A stretch of DNA of 64,000 bases from Mustelus asterias (taxonomy: Eukaryota), in the NCBI RefSeq assembly GCF_964213995.1, contig NC_135822.1:39246001-39310000 (forward strand). Direction: 5' to 3'. Shown one piece after another: positions 24,520-37,147 of this stretch. Positions within the stretch are counted from its first letter, which is position 1, and every line of letters starts with the position of its first letter. The translations under genes were made by a program, and so were the position numbers. Below the pieces are notes generated by a model. It was not told where the DNA came from. It made no database searches and was given only the letters and a program-made list of their open reading frames with translations.

Positions 24520-25360
24520 TCTCTCCGGATCAAATGTGAGTCACTGTTTCCCCTTGAATGAGACTGTCACATTTGCCAATCTCCAATTCTCTGCCACTTC
24601 TCCCAAAACCAGAGAAATTTGGACAATCATTGCAAACCCTTGTGCCATCTCCAATCCCAATTCCCTTAGCAACCTGGCGTATGAGCCATCCTGAGCTGGT
24701 GACTTATCCACTCTAAGCATAGCCAGTATTTCCATTACATTCGGCCTATCAATTTTCAACCTATCCAATACCTCTACCATCGCCACTTCTCCTGATATTT
24801 TATCAGCAAACCTTTCCTGCATTAACACTGATATAATGTACTCAAATTACATCTGTTAGCCTTGTCCTGCACCACTTCACTGCATATGTCCCATCTCTTA
24901 TTCTGGCTTACTATTTAAATGTTGGTAAAAGATTTTTGGATCCACTTTGCTGCCATTCTATTCTGATATTCTTTGTTTTCCAGTCTTGTCTTCCTCATCA
25001 CTCCCCCTCTTGACTTATTATATCTGGTTTGGTTCTTGTTTGATGAATTTAACTGGCATGCAGTGTACACTTGCTTTTTAGTTTCATCATATTTCCTATC
25101 TCCCACCTCACCCAAGGAGCCTTAGCTTTGGCTGCCTTCCCTTTCATCATTGTTGGAATATACCTAGCCTGTAGCTGAAACATCTCCTTAAAGATCACAC
25201 ATTGTTTCATTGTTTCAGTATATCTTTGGCTCTACTTTAGCCTGATTAGATTCCATCCCATCCCATTGAAGTTGACCCTCTTCCAATTTAGAAGGTCTAC
25301 TATAGCTTGTTCCTTTAGCAATCTAAATCATACAATACAGTGACCATTGTTCCCCCAATA
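24520..25360 (-). mobile_element. Old CR1 remnant; its right part is paralogous to about 31020-31280
   Basis: VDKSP..DG, ENWRLANVT peptide remnants. Confidence 0.7.
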
Positions 25361-25515
25361 AGAATGAACCCAAAGTAGGCAATCTACTAAATTGTTACTT
25401 TCTACAGAATTGACAAGATAAGATTCTGTTAATGTGTTACTGCTCAGAGAAGGTTCCAGGATATCAATTTGCTGAAGGTCTTTGCCAGGTTGTGGGCTCA
25501 GAACAAGTAGATCAA

Positions 25516-25787
25516 GTTAGCACTGCTGTCTCACAGCACCAGGGACCCGGGTTCGATTCCTGGCTTGGGTCACTCTCGTGGAGTCTGCATGTTCTCCCGT
25601 GCCTGCGTGTATTTCCTCCGGCTGCTGCAGTTTACTCCCAAAATCCGAAAGACGGACTGGTTAGGTTCATTGGCCATGCTAAATTCTCCCTCCTGAACAG
25701 GCGCCAGAGTGTGGCGACTAGGGAATTTTCACAGTAACTTCACTGCAGTGTTAATGTAAGCCTACCTGTGACACTAATAAATAAACA
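25516..25787 (+). mobile_element. HE1/V-SINE-type SINE, second tail type
   Basis: B box, V core, GTGACACTAATAAATAAAC end. Confidence 0.88.
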
Positions 25788-26339
25788 TCTTCAGTAATGG
25801 ATGTTAGACGAGATGAATAATGTGAAACCTGGTATCTAATGTCTCAAAGCTGTCGCATTGTGAGGGAGCTCATTAACAGTTAGGAGATCCAGTGGATTGG
25901 GAAATAACTGGTGTAGTATAAAGGAAGGGTTAACAGATGAGAGATGCCAATACCTGATGTAGGTGATGATGTCTCACTGACACTAGTTAGTCACGTGGTG
26001 GATTTTCGAGAGAGAGGTTGGTATCATGCCCAGGAACTGTATGCCTACTGTGCAACCTGTTTAGAAGTAGCACTAATAAATAAGTTTTCAGAAGATACCA
26101 AAGTATGTCTGCCATCTGTCTAAGAACCATCCAAGACAGGAGGACCCAATCTGAGAATAACTGCTGTGTTCTCTGTAAAAGTGAATATAACTGCAAAATG
26201 AGTAGTGATGAGGAGAGGATAGAATGAGTTCTCAGTCTTGAAAGAAAATGATTGAGTGTGAGCCTTGTGGCAATGTATATGACACTAAATGCAATAAGAA
26301 GCACTCATGCTGAGCACTCTTTGGTGTAAAAGTTTTTTT

Positions 26340-26641
26340 TTTAAAGTTTATTTATTAGTGTCATAAGTAGGCTTACATTAACACTGCAAAGAAATTACTG
26401 TGAAAATCCCCTAGTCGCCACACTCCGGTGCCTGTTCAGGTACACTGAGGGAGAATTTAGCACAGCCAATGCACCTAACCAGCACGTCTTTGCACAGAGG
26501 GAGGAAACCGGAGCACCCGGAGGAAACCCACGCAGACATGGGGAGAACGTGCAGACTCCACACAGATAGTGACCTAAGAGGGGAATCGAACCCAGCTCCC
26601 TGGCGATGTGAGGCAGCAGTGCTAACCACTGTGCCACCATG
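26340..26641 (-). mobile_element. HE1/V-SINE-type SINE, second tail type
   Basis: Reverse complement of the same consensus. Confidence 0.9.
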
Positions 26642-26964
26642 ACTTCACAGCAAAGGACAAATGAAAGAATTGAAAAGGCAAAGAGGGGTTTGATGTATAA
26701 AAATAAACTGAAACTAAAATGTCAATTTAGCTTTTGTGCTGTACTCGAGTGAAGTTCCTAATCTCAGGTCTGGTTCAGAGGGTAGTCAGATCATTTGCCG
26801 AATGCACAGATGGTCACAGGTGAAAGATCAAGTGAAATATCTGGAAGTTCACACACAGTATTGAAGTGAGTGTCAAAGCAGGAAACAAATCTGGAATTCA
26901 ATAGATGGCAGCGTCTATATTGTGTATTTTTGATCCATTATGCTCATTCTGTCTCTCCCCTCAG

Positions 26965-27116
26965 CACATGGAACTGTCCCAACAGTGAATGTTCACCCCT
27001 CACGCAGCTCAGTTAGGGAGGGAGAAATGCTGGAGTTACACTGCCAGGTCACAGGTCAGCCAGAACCCAGGATCACATGGTATAGGGCAGCTGGCCCTCT
27101 AACAGCCAATCACCAG
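26965..27116 (+). CDS. HSPG2: HSPG2 Ig module 5, N-half exon (HGTVPTVNVHPSRSSVREGEMLELHCQVTGQPEPRITWYRAAGPLTANHQ)
   Basis: cccctcag acceptor, CAG|gtaggt donor, 152 nt. Confidence 0.92.
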
Positions 27117-27308
27117 GTAGGTGACATCTTCCCAATTTGGTTATCCTCCATTTCCTTTCTTGTTTTTCTTTACCTTCAACTTTCTAACTCTTGGAAGGAC
27201 TGTTCATGGAGAATAGTTATCTGTCGCTCTGTATATATTGGTGAATGCTGAAAGCTGCCTCGGAGAGTGTGGGTAACAGAGGCTGTGATTTTCCTTGTGA
27301 TGTTCTAG

Positions 27309-27435
27309 GTGCAGGGCGCTGTGCTACGCATCCTTCGTGTGAGTCCTGCTGACGTTGGGGATTACATCTGCCGTGCAGAAAACGTTGTTGGAACACGGGA
27401 AGTCAAGTTCTCCGTCTCGGTCACTCCTTCTACCA
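27309..27435 (+). CDS. HSPG2: HSPG2 Ig module 5, C-half exon (VQGAVLRILRVSPADVGDYICRAENVVGTREVKFSVSVTPST)
   Basis: gttctag acceptor, A|gtatgt donor, 127 nt. Confidence 0.92.
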
Positions 27436-27782
27436 GTATGTAACCCCGTCAACCTTATGGAATTTAATTGCACTGCATTTACATGTTTTATGACTATCTG
27501 CTTTACCATTCTGCTCATTTTTCTAAATGCTTGCGTTCCAAATTATTTTACTCTTTGAAAAGCGCAGTGTAACTGCAGTGATTTCCAGCTTTGGGAGAGA
27601 AGATCAAGTCGCCTTGTAACCAAGAGCGTTTTGTGAGCTGGGGCTATTATAGAAAGGTGGTGTCAGAATGATAGATAAATTAACCTAATATTAATAGAAG
27701 ACAAAATGTTAATGAACATTGCATCTTTTACGTTTCCAGACCTACTGTAAAGAAGAATTCATGAATAGAATCATACAAAAAC

Positions 27783-28120
27783 CATAGAAATAGAACATAG
27801 AAACCCTACAGTGCAGAAGGAGGCCATTCGGCCCATCGAGTCTCTTCGATAGAGCATCCCACCCAGGCCCTTTCTCCTCTATTTATTTACTCCACTGATT
27901 CCCTAACCCACACAATGTGACACTAAGGGGCAATTTAGCATGGCCAATCCACCTAACTTGCACATCTTTGGACTATGGGAGGAACCGGAGCACCCGGAGG
28001 AAACCCACAGAGACACGGGGAGAACATGCATACTTCACATACAGTTACCCAAGGCCAGAATCGAACCCGGGTTCCTGGCGCTGTCAGGCAGCAGTGCTAA
28101 CAACTGTGCCACCGCGTGCC
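27783..28120 (-). mobile_element. HE1/V-SINE-type SINE, CR1-type tail
   Basis: Head, V core and (TTCTATG) tail. Confidence 0.85.
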
Positions 28121-28459
28121 GTTCATGATACTGCATAGAAGGAGACCATTCGGCCCATCTTGTCCGTGCCGATCCCAAGACACATTGTGGGAAAAAATTT
28201 CTCCCCTAGTGTTTGGAGTAGGTAACTGTAGTTGTGCATGAGAGATATCCAGGGGGTATTGCTTATTTGGGATTCCAAAAGACATTTGATGTGACTCAAA
28301 TCTGTGAGCCTTTAGAGGACAGTTTTCACTCATGGAGATGTTGGCAGATTATCCAGATGGGCTGAGATATGCTTACAATAGGAGACAGTAAATGGATAAA
28401 GCTCCTTCTGATTAGTCGAATGCTGAGGAGGTTTGGGTCTCTCCTTCCCGTCACTCTTA

Positions 28460-29408
28460 ACAATGTTCACAAAGACTTCTCTACCTCAACCTTGGTTCAA
28501 ACGTGGACAGTAGATCTGAATTTCAGAGGTGAGGTGAGAGTGACTGCCCATCATATCAAGGCAGTCTTTGACCGAGTGTGGCATCAAGGAACCCTAGTGA
28601 AACTGGAGTCAATGGGAATCAGGGGGAAAACCCTCTGTTGGTTGGAATCATACTTGGCACAAAGGAAGATGGTTGTGGTGGTTGGAGATCAATCATCTCA
28701 GTCCCAGGACATCACTGCGGGAGTCCGTCAGGCTAGTGTCCTAGGCCCAACCATCTTCAGCTGCTTCATCCATGACTTTCGATCATAAGGTCAGAAGTGG
28801 GGACGTTCACTGATGATTGCACCATGTTCATCTTTTGCAACTCCTCTGATACTGAGGCACCCCATGCTTCAATGCAGCATTACTTGGATAACATCCAGTC
28901 AGGAGTGTGATTGAATAATCTCCACTTGCCTGGATGGGTGCAACCCCAACAACGCTCAAGAAGCTCGACACCAGGACATCCAGGACAAAGCAGCCCGCTT
29001 GATTGCTACCCCTTCCACAAACGTTCACTCCCTCTACCACCGATGCACAGTAACAACAGTGTGCGCTATCTACAAGATACATTGCAAGGGTCCTTAGGCA
29101 GCACCCTGCAAACTCACAACCACTGCCACCTAGAAGGATAAGGGCAGCAGACACATGGGAACACCACCACTTACAAGTTCCCCTCAAAGTCATACAATAT
29201 CCTGATTTGGAAATACATTGGCGTTCCTTCACTGTCGTTGGGTCAAAATCCTGGAACTCCCTCCCTAACAGCACTGTGGTTGTACCTGTATCACATGGAC
29301 TGCAGAGGTTCAAGAAGACAGCTCAGTACCACCTTCTGAAAGGTCGTTAGGGATGGGCAATGAATGCTGGCCTAGCCAGCAACGCCCACCTCCCATGAAT
29401 GAATTCAT
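28460..29408 (+). mobile_element. CR1/L2-group LINE of a second family, decayed 3' part
   Basis: FDRVWHQG, WLESYLAQRKMVVVVG, SVLGPTIFSCFI peptides; (ATGA)n tail. Confidence 0.8.
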
Positions 29409-30433
29409 AAAAGATTTGAATATAAAAAGAGTCTAGCTGCCGAAGGTCCAAGGACAGGATGAGGAAAGGATTTTTTAACACAGTGAGTGGTTAGGATGTG
29501 GAAAGTACTATCTGAGAGTGAGGTGGGGACCAATTCAATCATCACCTTCCAAAGAGAATTGGATAACTATCTGAAGAAAATAAATTTGCAGGGCTGCAGG
29601 GAAAAGACACAGGAGTGGCACAATCTGAGTCACTCTTGCAGAGAGCCAGCACACACACAACAGGCCAAATGGTCGCCTCCTGTGCTGTAAGAATTTTGTG
29701 ATCCTATAACATTCCAGGAAAAGCAACACGTGCAGAAAATGAATGAAGACTCGTGCCGCTAAATGCAAAATATTGTACCTTGGTTAAAACATTTGTATCC
29801 CGAGTGTACAAAATAGAGGTAATGGGGAGATGAAGAGAGTGATGGTATTTGAATCATCAATAACAGTTCTATTTAAAGAAGCAAATGGAATACTGCGATG
29901 TTTAACAGGAAGTGCAGACTGTAACCCTCCAGCAGTCACACATCCAAAGCATGAAACCACTGAGGCAGAAGCTACACTTTGGCTGTCCTGTTATGGCCTT
30001 TTCCCTGCTAAATTTTTTGTAAACTCCTCCAGTTCTGCAACTCTCCCCCACAGAATCCCCATTCCTCTAGCTCGTGCATCCCTCCTCATTTGCATCAGCA
30101 TTAGCTTCAGCCTCGTCTCCTGGAATTCCTAAACCCCGCCATCTCTCCACCTCCAGCACCCTTGCTAAACCCTGGTTACAGTTGTGGAGCTGAGCATAGC
30201 AACAAGAGCATCATGAAAGGAGAACCGAGATCTCTTTAAAAGTGTATTTACAGCTGACAGTCAGTTCTAATGACACAGCAGTTTGAAAACATTCAGTCAT
30301 TGAGTCAGGCTCTCTCTCTCTCTGTCAGGCAATTCATTCAGTTCCTTCCTACACCCTATCCCTGGAGCCCAGTAAACATGGTTCCCTCAAGTCTACATCC
30401 AATTTCTTTTGAAATCATTAATTGTCTCCACTT

Positions 30434-30656
30434 CCTCTCACAGTCCAAAGTTGTGCAGGTTAGATGGATTGGCCATGCTAAATTTCCCCCTAGTGTCCCA
30501 GGATGTGTAGGTTAGGGGGATTGGTAGGGTAAATGCATGGGGTTATGGGGATAGGGTGGGAGGTGGGCCTGAGTAAGATGCTTGGACAGAGAGTCGGTGC
30601 AAACTTGATGGGCTGAATGGCCTCCTCCTGCAGTGTAGGAATTCTTTGATTCTATG
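30434..30656 (+). mobile_element. HE1/V-SINE-type SINE, 5'-truncated, CR1-type tail
   Basis: End of the V core plus tail. Confidence 0.8.
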
Positions 30657-31557
30657 AATATGTCCTGTCACTGTCTAGAACCTTTTCACAAGGATCCCTA
30701 TGTCCCTGCTCACTCTTTTGAAGTATGCCGTTAAGTCTGTATTGTCTTTCTCTGTCCTTTCTGTCAAAATAAATCACCGCACACTTCTCTGCATTAAATT
30801 CTATCTGCTACTTGTCTGGCCATTCTGCTAGCCTATCTATATTCTATTGCAGTCAATGTGTATCATTTTCACTGTTTGCAATGCTTCCACATTTTGTAAC
30901 CTCAGCAAATTTTGAAATGTTATTCTATTCCAATATCTAAGCCATCTATATATTTATATATATATAATATCAGACAACTGACCAATGGAGAACACCACTA
31001 CCCATCTCCATCAACAACACGGAGCCCTGGCTTTGGTTCCCCCTTTCATCCTCGTTAGAATGTACCTAACCTGTAGCTGAAACCTCTCCTCATTAAAGAT
31101 CACCCTCTGTTCCATTGCAGTTTCTCTGTTTATGTCTTTGTCCCCATTTTAACCTGGCTAGGTCCCTTCTCATCTCATTGAAGTTAGTTCGCTTCCACTT
31201 TAGAAGTTCCACATTAAGTTGTGCCTCTCTGTTCTGCTTTATTCATCTAAAACTTACGCTGTGATGATGACTCTTGCCCAGTAAGAATGAATCCAAAGCG
31301 GGTGATCTGTTAAATTGTCACTTGCTGCAAGAATTCACGAGAGAAGATTCTGCTAACATGCTGCTGCTCAGAGAAGGTTCCAGGGTCCGTAGTCTTGATG
31401 TAATTTAGCCGGGGACCGTTGCCAGGTTTTGGGCTCCGAATGAATACACTTCAGGAATGGATGTTGTACAAAAACAATAAGTGAAATCTGGGTCAAAATG
31501 TCCCAAAGTTGTCTCATCATGAGGGAGCCAGTTCAAAGTTAGAAGATCCAATGGATT

Positions 31558-31881
31558 GAATCATAGAATCACAGAATCCCTACAGTGCAGAAGGAGGCCA
31601 TTCGGCCGATCAAGTCTGCACCAACCACAATCCCACCCAGGCCCTATCCCCACAACCCATGCACTTACCCTGGTCAGTCCCCCTGACACTAAGGGGCAAT
31701 TTATCATGTCCAATCCACCTAACCCACACATCTTTGGACTGTGGGAGGAAACTGGAGCACCGGGAGGAAACCCACGCAGACACGGGGAGAACATGCAAAC
31801 TGCACGCAGACAGTAACCCAAGCCAGGAATTGAGCCGGCTCCCTGGCGCTATGAAGCAGCAGTGCTAATCACTGTGCCACC
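31558..31881 (-). mobile_element. HE1/V-SINE-type SINE, CR1-type tail
   Basis: Near full-length match to the other copies. Confidence 0.9.
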
Positions 31882-32765
31882 TGGGGAGATGCTAAATACT
31901 TTCTGGAAAAGTGAATGTGGTAACTACAAGCCCACCAATCATAAGGAAAGGTTTGAATGCGTTCTCAATCCTGAAAGGAAGTGAGTCTTATGCAAAGTGT
32001 ATAATAGCAAGTTCAGTAAGAAATACTAATCTTAAGCACTCTTTGACGTTAAGCCTGACTTCACAGCAAGAATCAAAGGCAAGCGCAGAATATAAGGAAG
32101 CACTTTAACCTGGTGAACTTTCACCTCTTACTCACCCGCCTCAACAGCAAGATGCACCGTAAGCAGCAGAATGAATGCTGGCCCTCCCCCTGCCTATATT
32201 TCAACATCATCTGATCACAAACATCCCTGCCCCCCAACCCTGATGAAGTTAGGTAGCTTACGCACTGCCCCACAAACATAGGACATCCTGATCAGGTCCA
32301 GAATTATGGGTTGAAATGGTTTTAGAAAACAGCAAAATGAATATATTTAAGAAGGCGCGAGGAGTTTGATGGATGAAGATAAAATTTGGATGGTGGCAGT
32401 TGTTTGGAAGGACCATCATTCAATAATGGCAGTGCAGCAATTTACCCAGTCCAGCACTGAAATATCAGCTTAGTTTGTGCTCTGCTCTGGTAAAGTTCCT
32501 AATCTCGGCTCAGGTTCAGAGACTAGGCATATACCAATTGAGCAATGCCAATGCAGTCAGTCAAATTGAATTCTCTTCACACAAAGAGTTCTGTCCAATA
32601 CGTTACGCTAGATGGTAAAGGATGAACAGTCAATTTAAACATTGGCACAAGCTATTAAAGGGAACTTCCAGGCAAGGAACAAACCTGGAGCTCAATAAAT
32701 GACGATGTCGGTATCGTTTGCTTTGTGATCTATTTGCCTCACTCTTGTCTCCACTCTTCCCACAG

Positions 32766-32914
32766 CAAGGAACGCACCGACAGTGCTGACATACCCCTCC
32801 CCTCTCTCTGTAAGAGAGGGAGAAATGCTAGAATTACACTGCCAGGTCACAGGTCAACCGCAACCCAGGATCACATGGCACAGAGCTGCTGGTTCTCTAA
32901 CTACCAATCACCAG
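32766..32914 (+). CDS. HSPG2: HSPG2 Ig module 6, N-half exon (RNAPTVLTYPSPLSVREGEMLELHCQVTGQPQPRITWHRAAGSLTTNHQ)
   Basis: cccacag acceptor, CAG|gtgggt donor, 149 nt (one codon shorter than the other N-halves). Confidence 0.9.
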
Positions 32915-33348
32915 GTGGGTGAAGGCCGTGGAACAACCCTCAATTTGATGGGAAATAATTTTATTTGAATGTAAGTGCGTGACCTGAGGTTCGGGTGGTG
33001 GGCCGATCAGATCGAACTTGCCCTGAGAGTGGCATGTCAGCTTCCAGTGATGATGGCAGTCACTCTTTGAATGTGGCTCAACCTCACCGTTCGCTGCTGC
33101 CTCCTGACCTGCCTGTTCGTTCCCTCTCTCTCAGCAGATGCACTATGCCCCGTGTTTCATTGCTTGTTGAATTAGGCTCAACTTCATTTCAAATAATGGA
33201 GGTAAACTGGTTAAAGAAAATGAGCTGATTACACAGCCCATGGGAGGTCAACTTGGCTGACAAACTAAGCAGCTGGTCTCACTCAGTCAGGATGACCATA
33301 CATCTTCCGTTTTTCTTGATTTTTCTTGCCAGGTTTCTGAGCTCCTTC

Positions 33349-33657
33349 TTAAAGTTTAAAGTTTATTTATTAGTGTCACAAGTAGGCTTACATTAACACT
33401 GCAATGAAGTTACTGTGAAAATCCCCGAGTCGCCACACTCCGTCGCCTGTTCGGGTAACACTGACGGAGAATTTAACATGGCCAATGCACCCTAACCACC
33501 ACATCTTTCAGACTGTAAGAGGAAACCAGAGCACCCGGAGGAATCCCACACAGACATGGGGAGACCGTGCAGACTCCGCACAGACAGTGACCCAAGCAGG
33601 GAATCGAACCCGGCTCCCTGGCGCTGTGAGGCAACAGTGCTAACCCACTGTGCCACC
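33349..33657 (-). mobile_element. HE1/V-SINE-type SINE, second tail type
   Basis: Near full-length match to the other copies. Confidence 0.9.
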
Positions 33658-33751
33658 TTCTGAAGTGTCCGTGAGAAAAAGGTACAACAAAACTAACTGA
33701 GGAAGTGGACGACATCCAGAGGCTCCTTATTGCAAACTGTCAAGTTTCGAG

Positions 33752-34301
33752 GGGGGGCACAGTGGTTACCACTTCTGCCCCTCAGAGCCAGGGGCCCGGG
33801 TTCAATTCCCGGCTTGGGTCACTGTCTGTGCGGAGTCTGTATGTTCTCCCCATGTATGCGTGGGTTTCCTCCGGGTGCTCTGGTTTCCTCCCACACTCCA
33901 AAGATGTGCAGGTTGGATGGATTGGCCATGCTAAATTGCCCCTTAGTGTCCCAAGCTCATAGAATCCCTACAAGTACAGAAGGACACCATTTGGCCCATC
34001 GAGTCTGTACCAAGCGTAATCCCACCCAGGCCCTATTCCTGTAACCCCACACATTTACCCTGCTAACCCCCCTGACACTCGGGTCAATTTAGCATGGCCA
34101 AACGACCTAACCCACACATCTTTGGAGTGTGGGAGGAAACCGGAGCACCCGGAGGAAACGGTGTGTGTGGGTTAAATGGATTACCCAGGGTAAATGCATA
34201 GGGTCACTGGTTAGAGCTGGGGGGGATAGGGCCCAGTTAAGATGCTCTTTCCAGGAGTTTGTGCAGATTTGATGGGCCTTCTGAACTGTAGGGATTCTAT
34301 G
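33752..34301 (+). mobile_element. HE1/V-SINE-type SINE interrupted by a truncated antisense SINE (about 33957-34159)
   Basis: Head and core to 33955, inverted tail fragment, then resumption of the + copy tail. Confidence 0.8.
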
Positions 34302-34671
34302 GATAGTTTTCACTGGAATGGGTCTCTTGTTCAATGTAATCTGGCTGAAATTGGCTGTTTTAAAACTGACCAAGGACCTTGTGCTCGCTGCATAACGTAC
34401 CACTTCAGATGAATCTGCTGAGTAAACATTGGAGCAGATGGAATCAGGTTATGCTGGAGATGCAAACCTTTATTTGCTCTCATTAGTCACTGGATGGTTG
34501 TCAGAAATGGGGACCCAGCCTGGGTTATCTTGATTTTTATTCCTCATTCAGAGAGGTGCACAAGCAATTGTCAGCCCTTACTCTTCATGTCTTATAGTAA
34601 TCAGTAGATTCGTGAATGCTGAAAGGAGTGTGTGGGTAACAGAGGCTGTGATTTTCTTCTTGATGTTCTAG

Positions 34672-34798
34672 GTGCAGGGCGCTGTGCTACGCATCAACCG
34701 CGTGAGCCCTGCCGATGTCGGGGATTATATCTGCCGTGCAGATAATCGCTATGGGATGCAGGAGGTCAAATTCTCCGTTTCAGTCACTCCTTCCGCAT
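34672..34798 (+). CDS. HSPG2: HSPG2 Ig module 6, C-half exon (VQGAVLRINRVSPADVGDYICRADNRYGMQEVKFSVSVTPSA)
   Basis: gttctag acceptor, T|gtatgt donor, 127 nt. Confidence 0.92.
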
Positions 34799-35244
34799 GT
34801 ATGTAACCTGTTATTCTTATAGTACTTGTTAGCACATCTTTTATTCTCTTTATTTCTGTTTGCTTTACTCTTCAACACAGTTTAAATCCAGAGATCCAAA
34901 GATTTCTTGTACTGTTAGAAAAGTGTTCTGCAACATCAGTCGACACTAACTGGGAAAGAAATCTTATAAATGAAAATTTGTTATAATCTGAGACTATTGC
35001 TGAAATCTTGCTGCCATTCACACCAGCGGGATCTCACGGTCCCACCAATGGCACATCCGCCAGTTTCCCAGTGGCAAGGGGTGCATTCAACGGGAAACCC
35101 AATTGACCATAGTGAGACCATCAGATTCCACTGCCAGTGAGTGGCATGCCGCCTTCTGCCGCTGTGAAACACCCCGCAAAGAGGGAGAAAAAGTCCACCC
35201 TACATTCTTCCTGGGCACGCCAGATGTTCCCCCCAAGCTGAGGA

Positions 35245-35548
35245 GTCTAGAACCAGGGGACACAGTCTCAGAACAAGGGGAAGGCCATTTAGGACTGGGT
35301 TGAGATGGAATTTCTTCACTCAGAAGATGGTGAACCTTTGGATTCTCCATCCCAGAGGGCTGTGGATGCTCGATCATTGAGTATGTTGAAGGCACAGATT
35401 TGTGAATACAAATGACATCAAAGGGATGAGGGAATAGTGGGAAAAATAGTGTTGATGTAAATGATCAGCCATGCCCTGTTTGAATGGCAGAGCATGCTCG
35501 ATGGGCCAAATGGCTTAGCCATGCTCTTATTCCCTGTGTTTCTATTCA
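35245..35548 (+). mobile_element. CR1 3' end fragment
   Basis: aatttcttcactcagaag...gatcagccatg 3' UTR pattern. Confidence 0.7.
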
Positions 35549-35988
35549 CAGAGGATGGGACCAATAATGTAGAACCAGCATTGAAAGAGGGTAAAATGTT
35601 TTGGAGGTTCACGAGTTCAATGTTTCAGTCCTACCTAAAGAACAGAATCCATAAACACAATCACTGAGTATAAATCAACTGCTCCTATGCCACAAAAATC
35701 CCTGAGGAGTAAAGATTGCTGATATGTATTATTAAAGGATACTTCTGAACTGGGATTAATTTGGTCATCTGAAGGGCCAAGAAAATTGGAAGAAGGATGA
35801 GGAGATCATGCAGAGAAGTATCTCGTTGTGATTGGGGATGAGGCAGGAGAAGCAAAACGAGAGAACGTTCACCCATGTTGGGCACCAAGAAACAACTTTG
35901 TGATTCCACAAGTAACAGCCCTCAGTGTTTGTGTACTTTCCAACTGTTTGCTTTGTTAAAAACATCTCTTCTGGTCTCCTCCCCACAG

Positions 35989-36140
35989 CGCAAGGAACTG
36001 CCCCAACTGCAAAGATTTATCCCTCGTCCACCTCAGTCACCGAGGGAGAAATGCTGGAGTTACGCTGCCAGGTCACAGGTCAACCGGAACCCAGGGTCAC
36101 ATGGTCCAGGCCGGCTGGTTCTCTAACTGCCAATCACCAG
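35989..36140 (+). CDS. HSPG2: HSPG2 Ig module 7, N-half exon (QGTAPTAKIYPSSTSVTEGEMLELRCQVTGQPEPRVTWSRPAGSLTANHQ)
   Basis: ccccacag acceptor, CAG|gtaggt donor, 152 nt. Confidence 0.92.
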
Positions 36141-36957
36141 GTAGGTGGAAGTGATGGGACAATGCCGGATTTTCCTTTGGTGGGGAATTATGTAGACACA
36201 ATTGAGCGTGTGATGTAAAATGTAGCCTGTCTCTGTGTGGGGAAGGAATGGCATTTCCACAGAAATACCAAAAAGGTACGTCCATTCAAAATGCCCCAAC
36301 TCCCAAGCGGCACCAAATGATGATTCCTTAGGCTTCGGCAGTTGTTGTTTTGGAGGGTGTTTCTCTTAGAAAAGGAGGCATTTTTAGCTGGTTGGCCTCA
36401 ATCTGAGATGTGAATGGCTGAGTAACTGCAATGTTGGAAGGTTTTTCTGATGCACCCAATCACTACATGCTATGCTTTGTGGACCTGGCCAGGGTGACAT
36501 TTGGCGCGACTGCCAGGTTGCTATCTATCTGGAACCGAGTGGAACCCAGCTTCTCTTGTTCCAGGAGAACAGGGAAACCAAAACAGTGACGCACCATTTC
36601 CTGCAAGGATGCTTCCATCATTCTTACAAATAGAGAGCTTGTGGTCCCACACAGTAACACTGACCTGTAGCCTGAAACTTGGCTTGCACTCTCCAATGGG
36701 CATGCAACAATACTGACTGACCTATGAGATGGTTCCCTTGACCACTTCTCGGAGAAACTCTCCTTCTGCGTGGCTGATGTAGCACGACCTTGAGTTCTGT
36801 GGTCATCAGACGTGGAGTTGGAGTTCCAGTAAGGTGTGACTTGTCAGTTGCTCCAGCCTCTACCTGGGGTTCTTTAACCCTTTTCTTTTTATCTGGTAAT
36901 TCCTAATCCTCCTCCACCACAGCTTTGAGGGACATGATTCTCCGGCCTCCCAGCCAC

Positions 36958-37147
36958 ATCATAGAATCATAGAAACCCTACAGTGCAGAAGGAGGCCATT
37001 CGGCCCATCGAGTCTGCACCGACCACAATCCCACCCAGGCCCTACCCCCACATATTTTACCTGCTAATCCCTCGAACCTACGCATCCCAGGACTCTAAGG
37101 GGCAATTTTTAACCTGGCCAATCAACCTAACCCGCACATCTTTGGAC
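36958..37147 (-). mobile_element. HE1/V-SINE-type SINE 3' fragment
   Basis: CR1-type tail. Confidence 0.8.

Noticed and set aside
23986-24561. Arg/Gly/Glu-rich and Pro/Ser-rich ORFs (also 20416-20739)
   Set aside because: They are translations of stop-free minisatellites with no splice or homology support.
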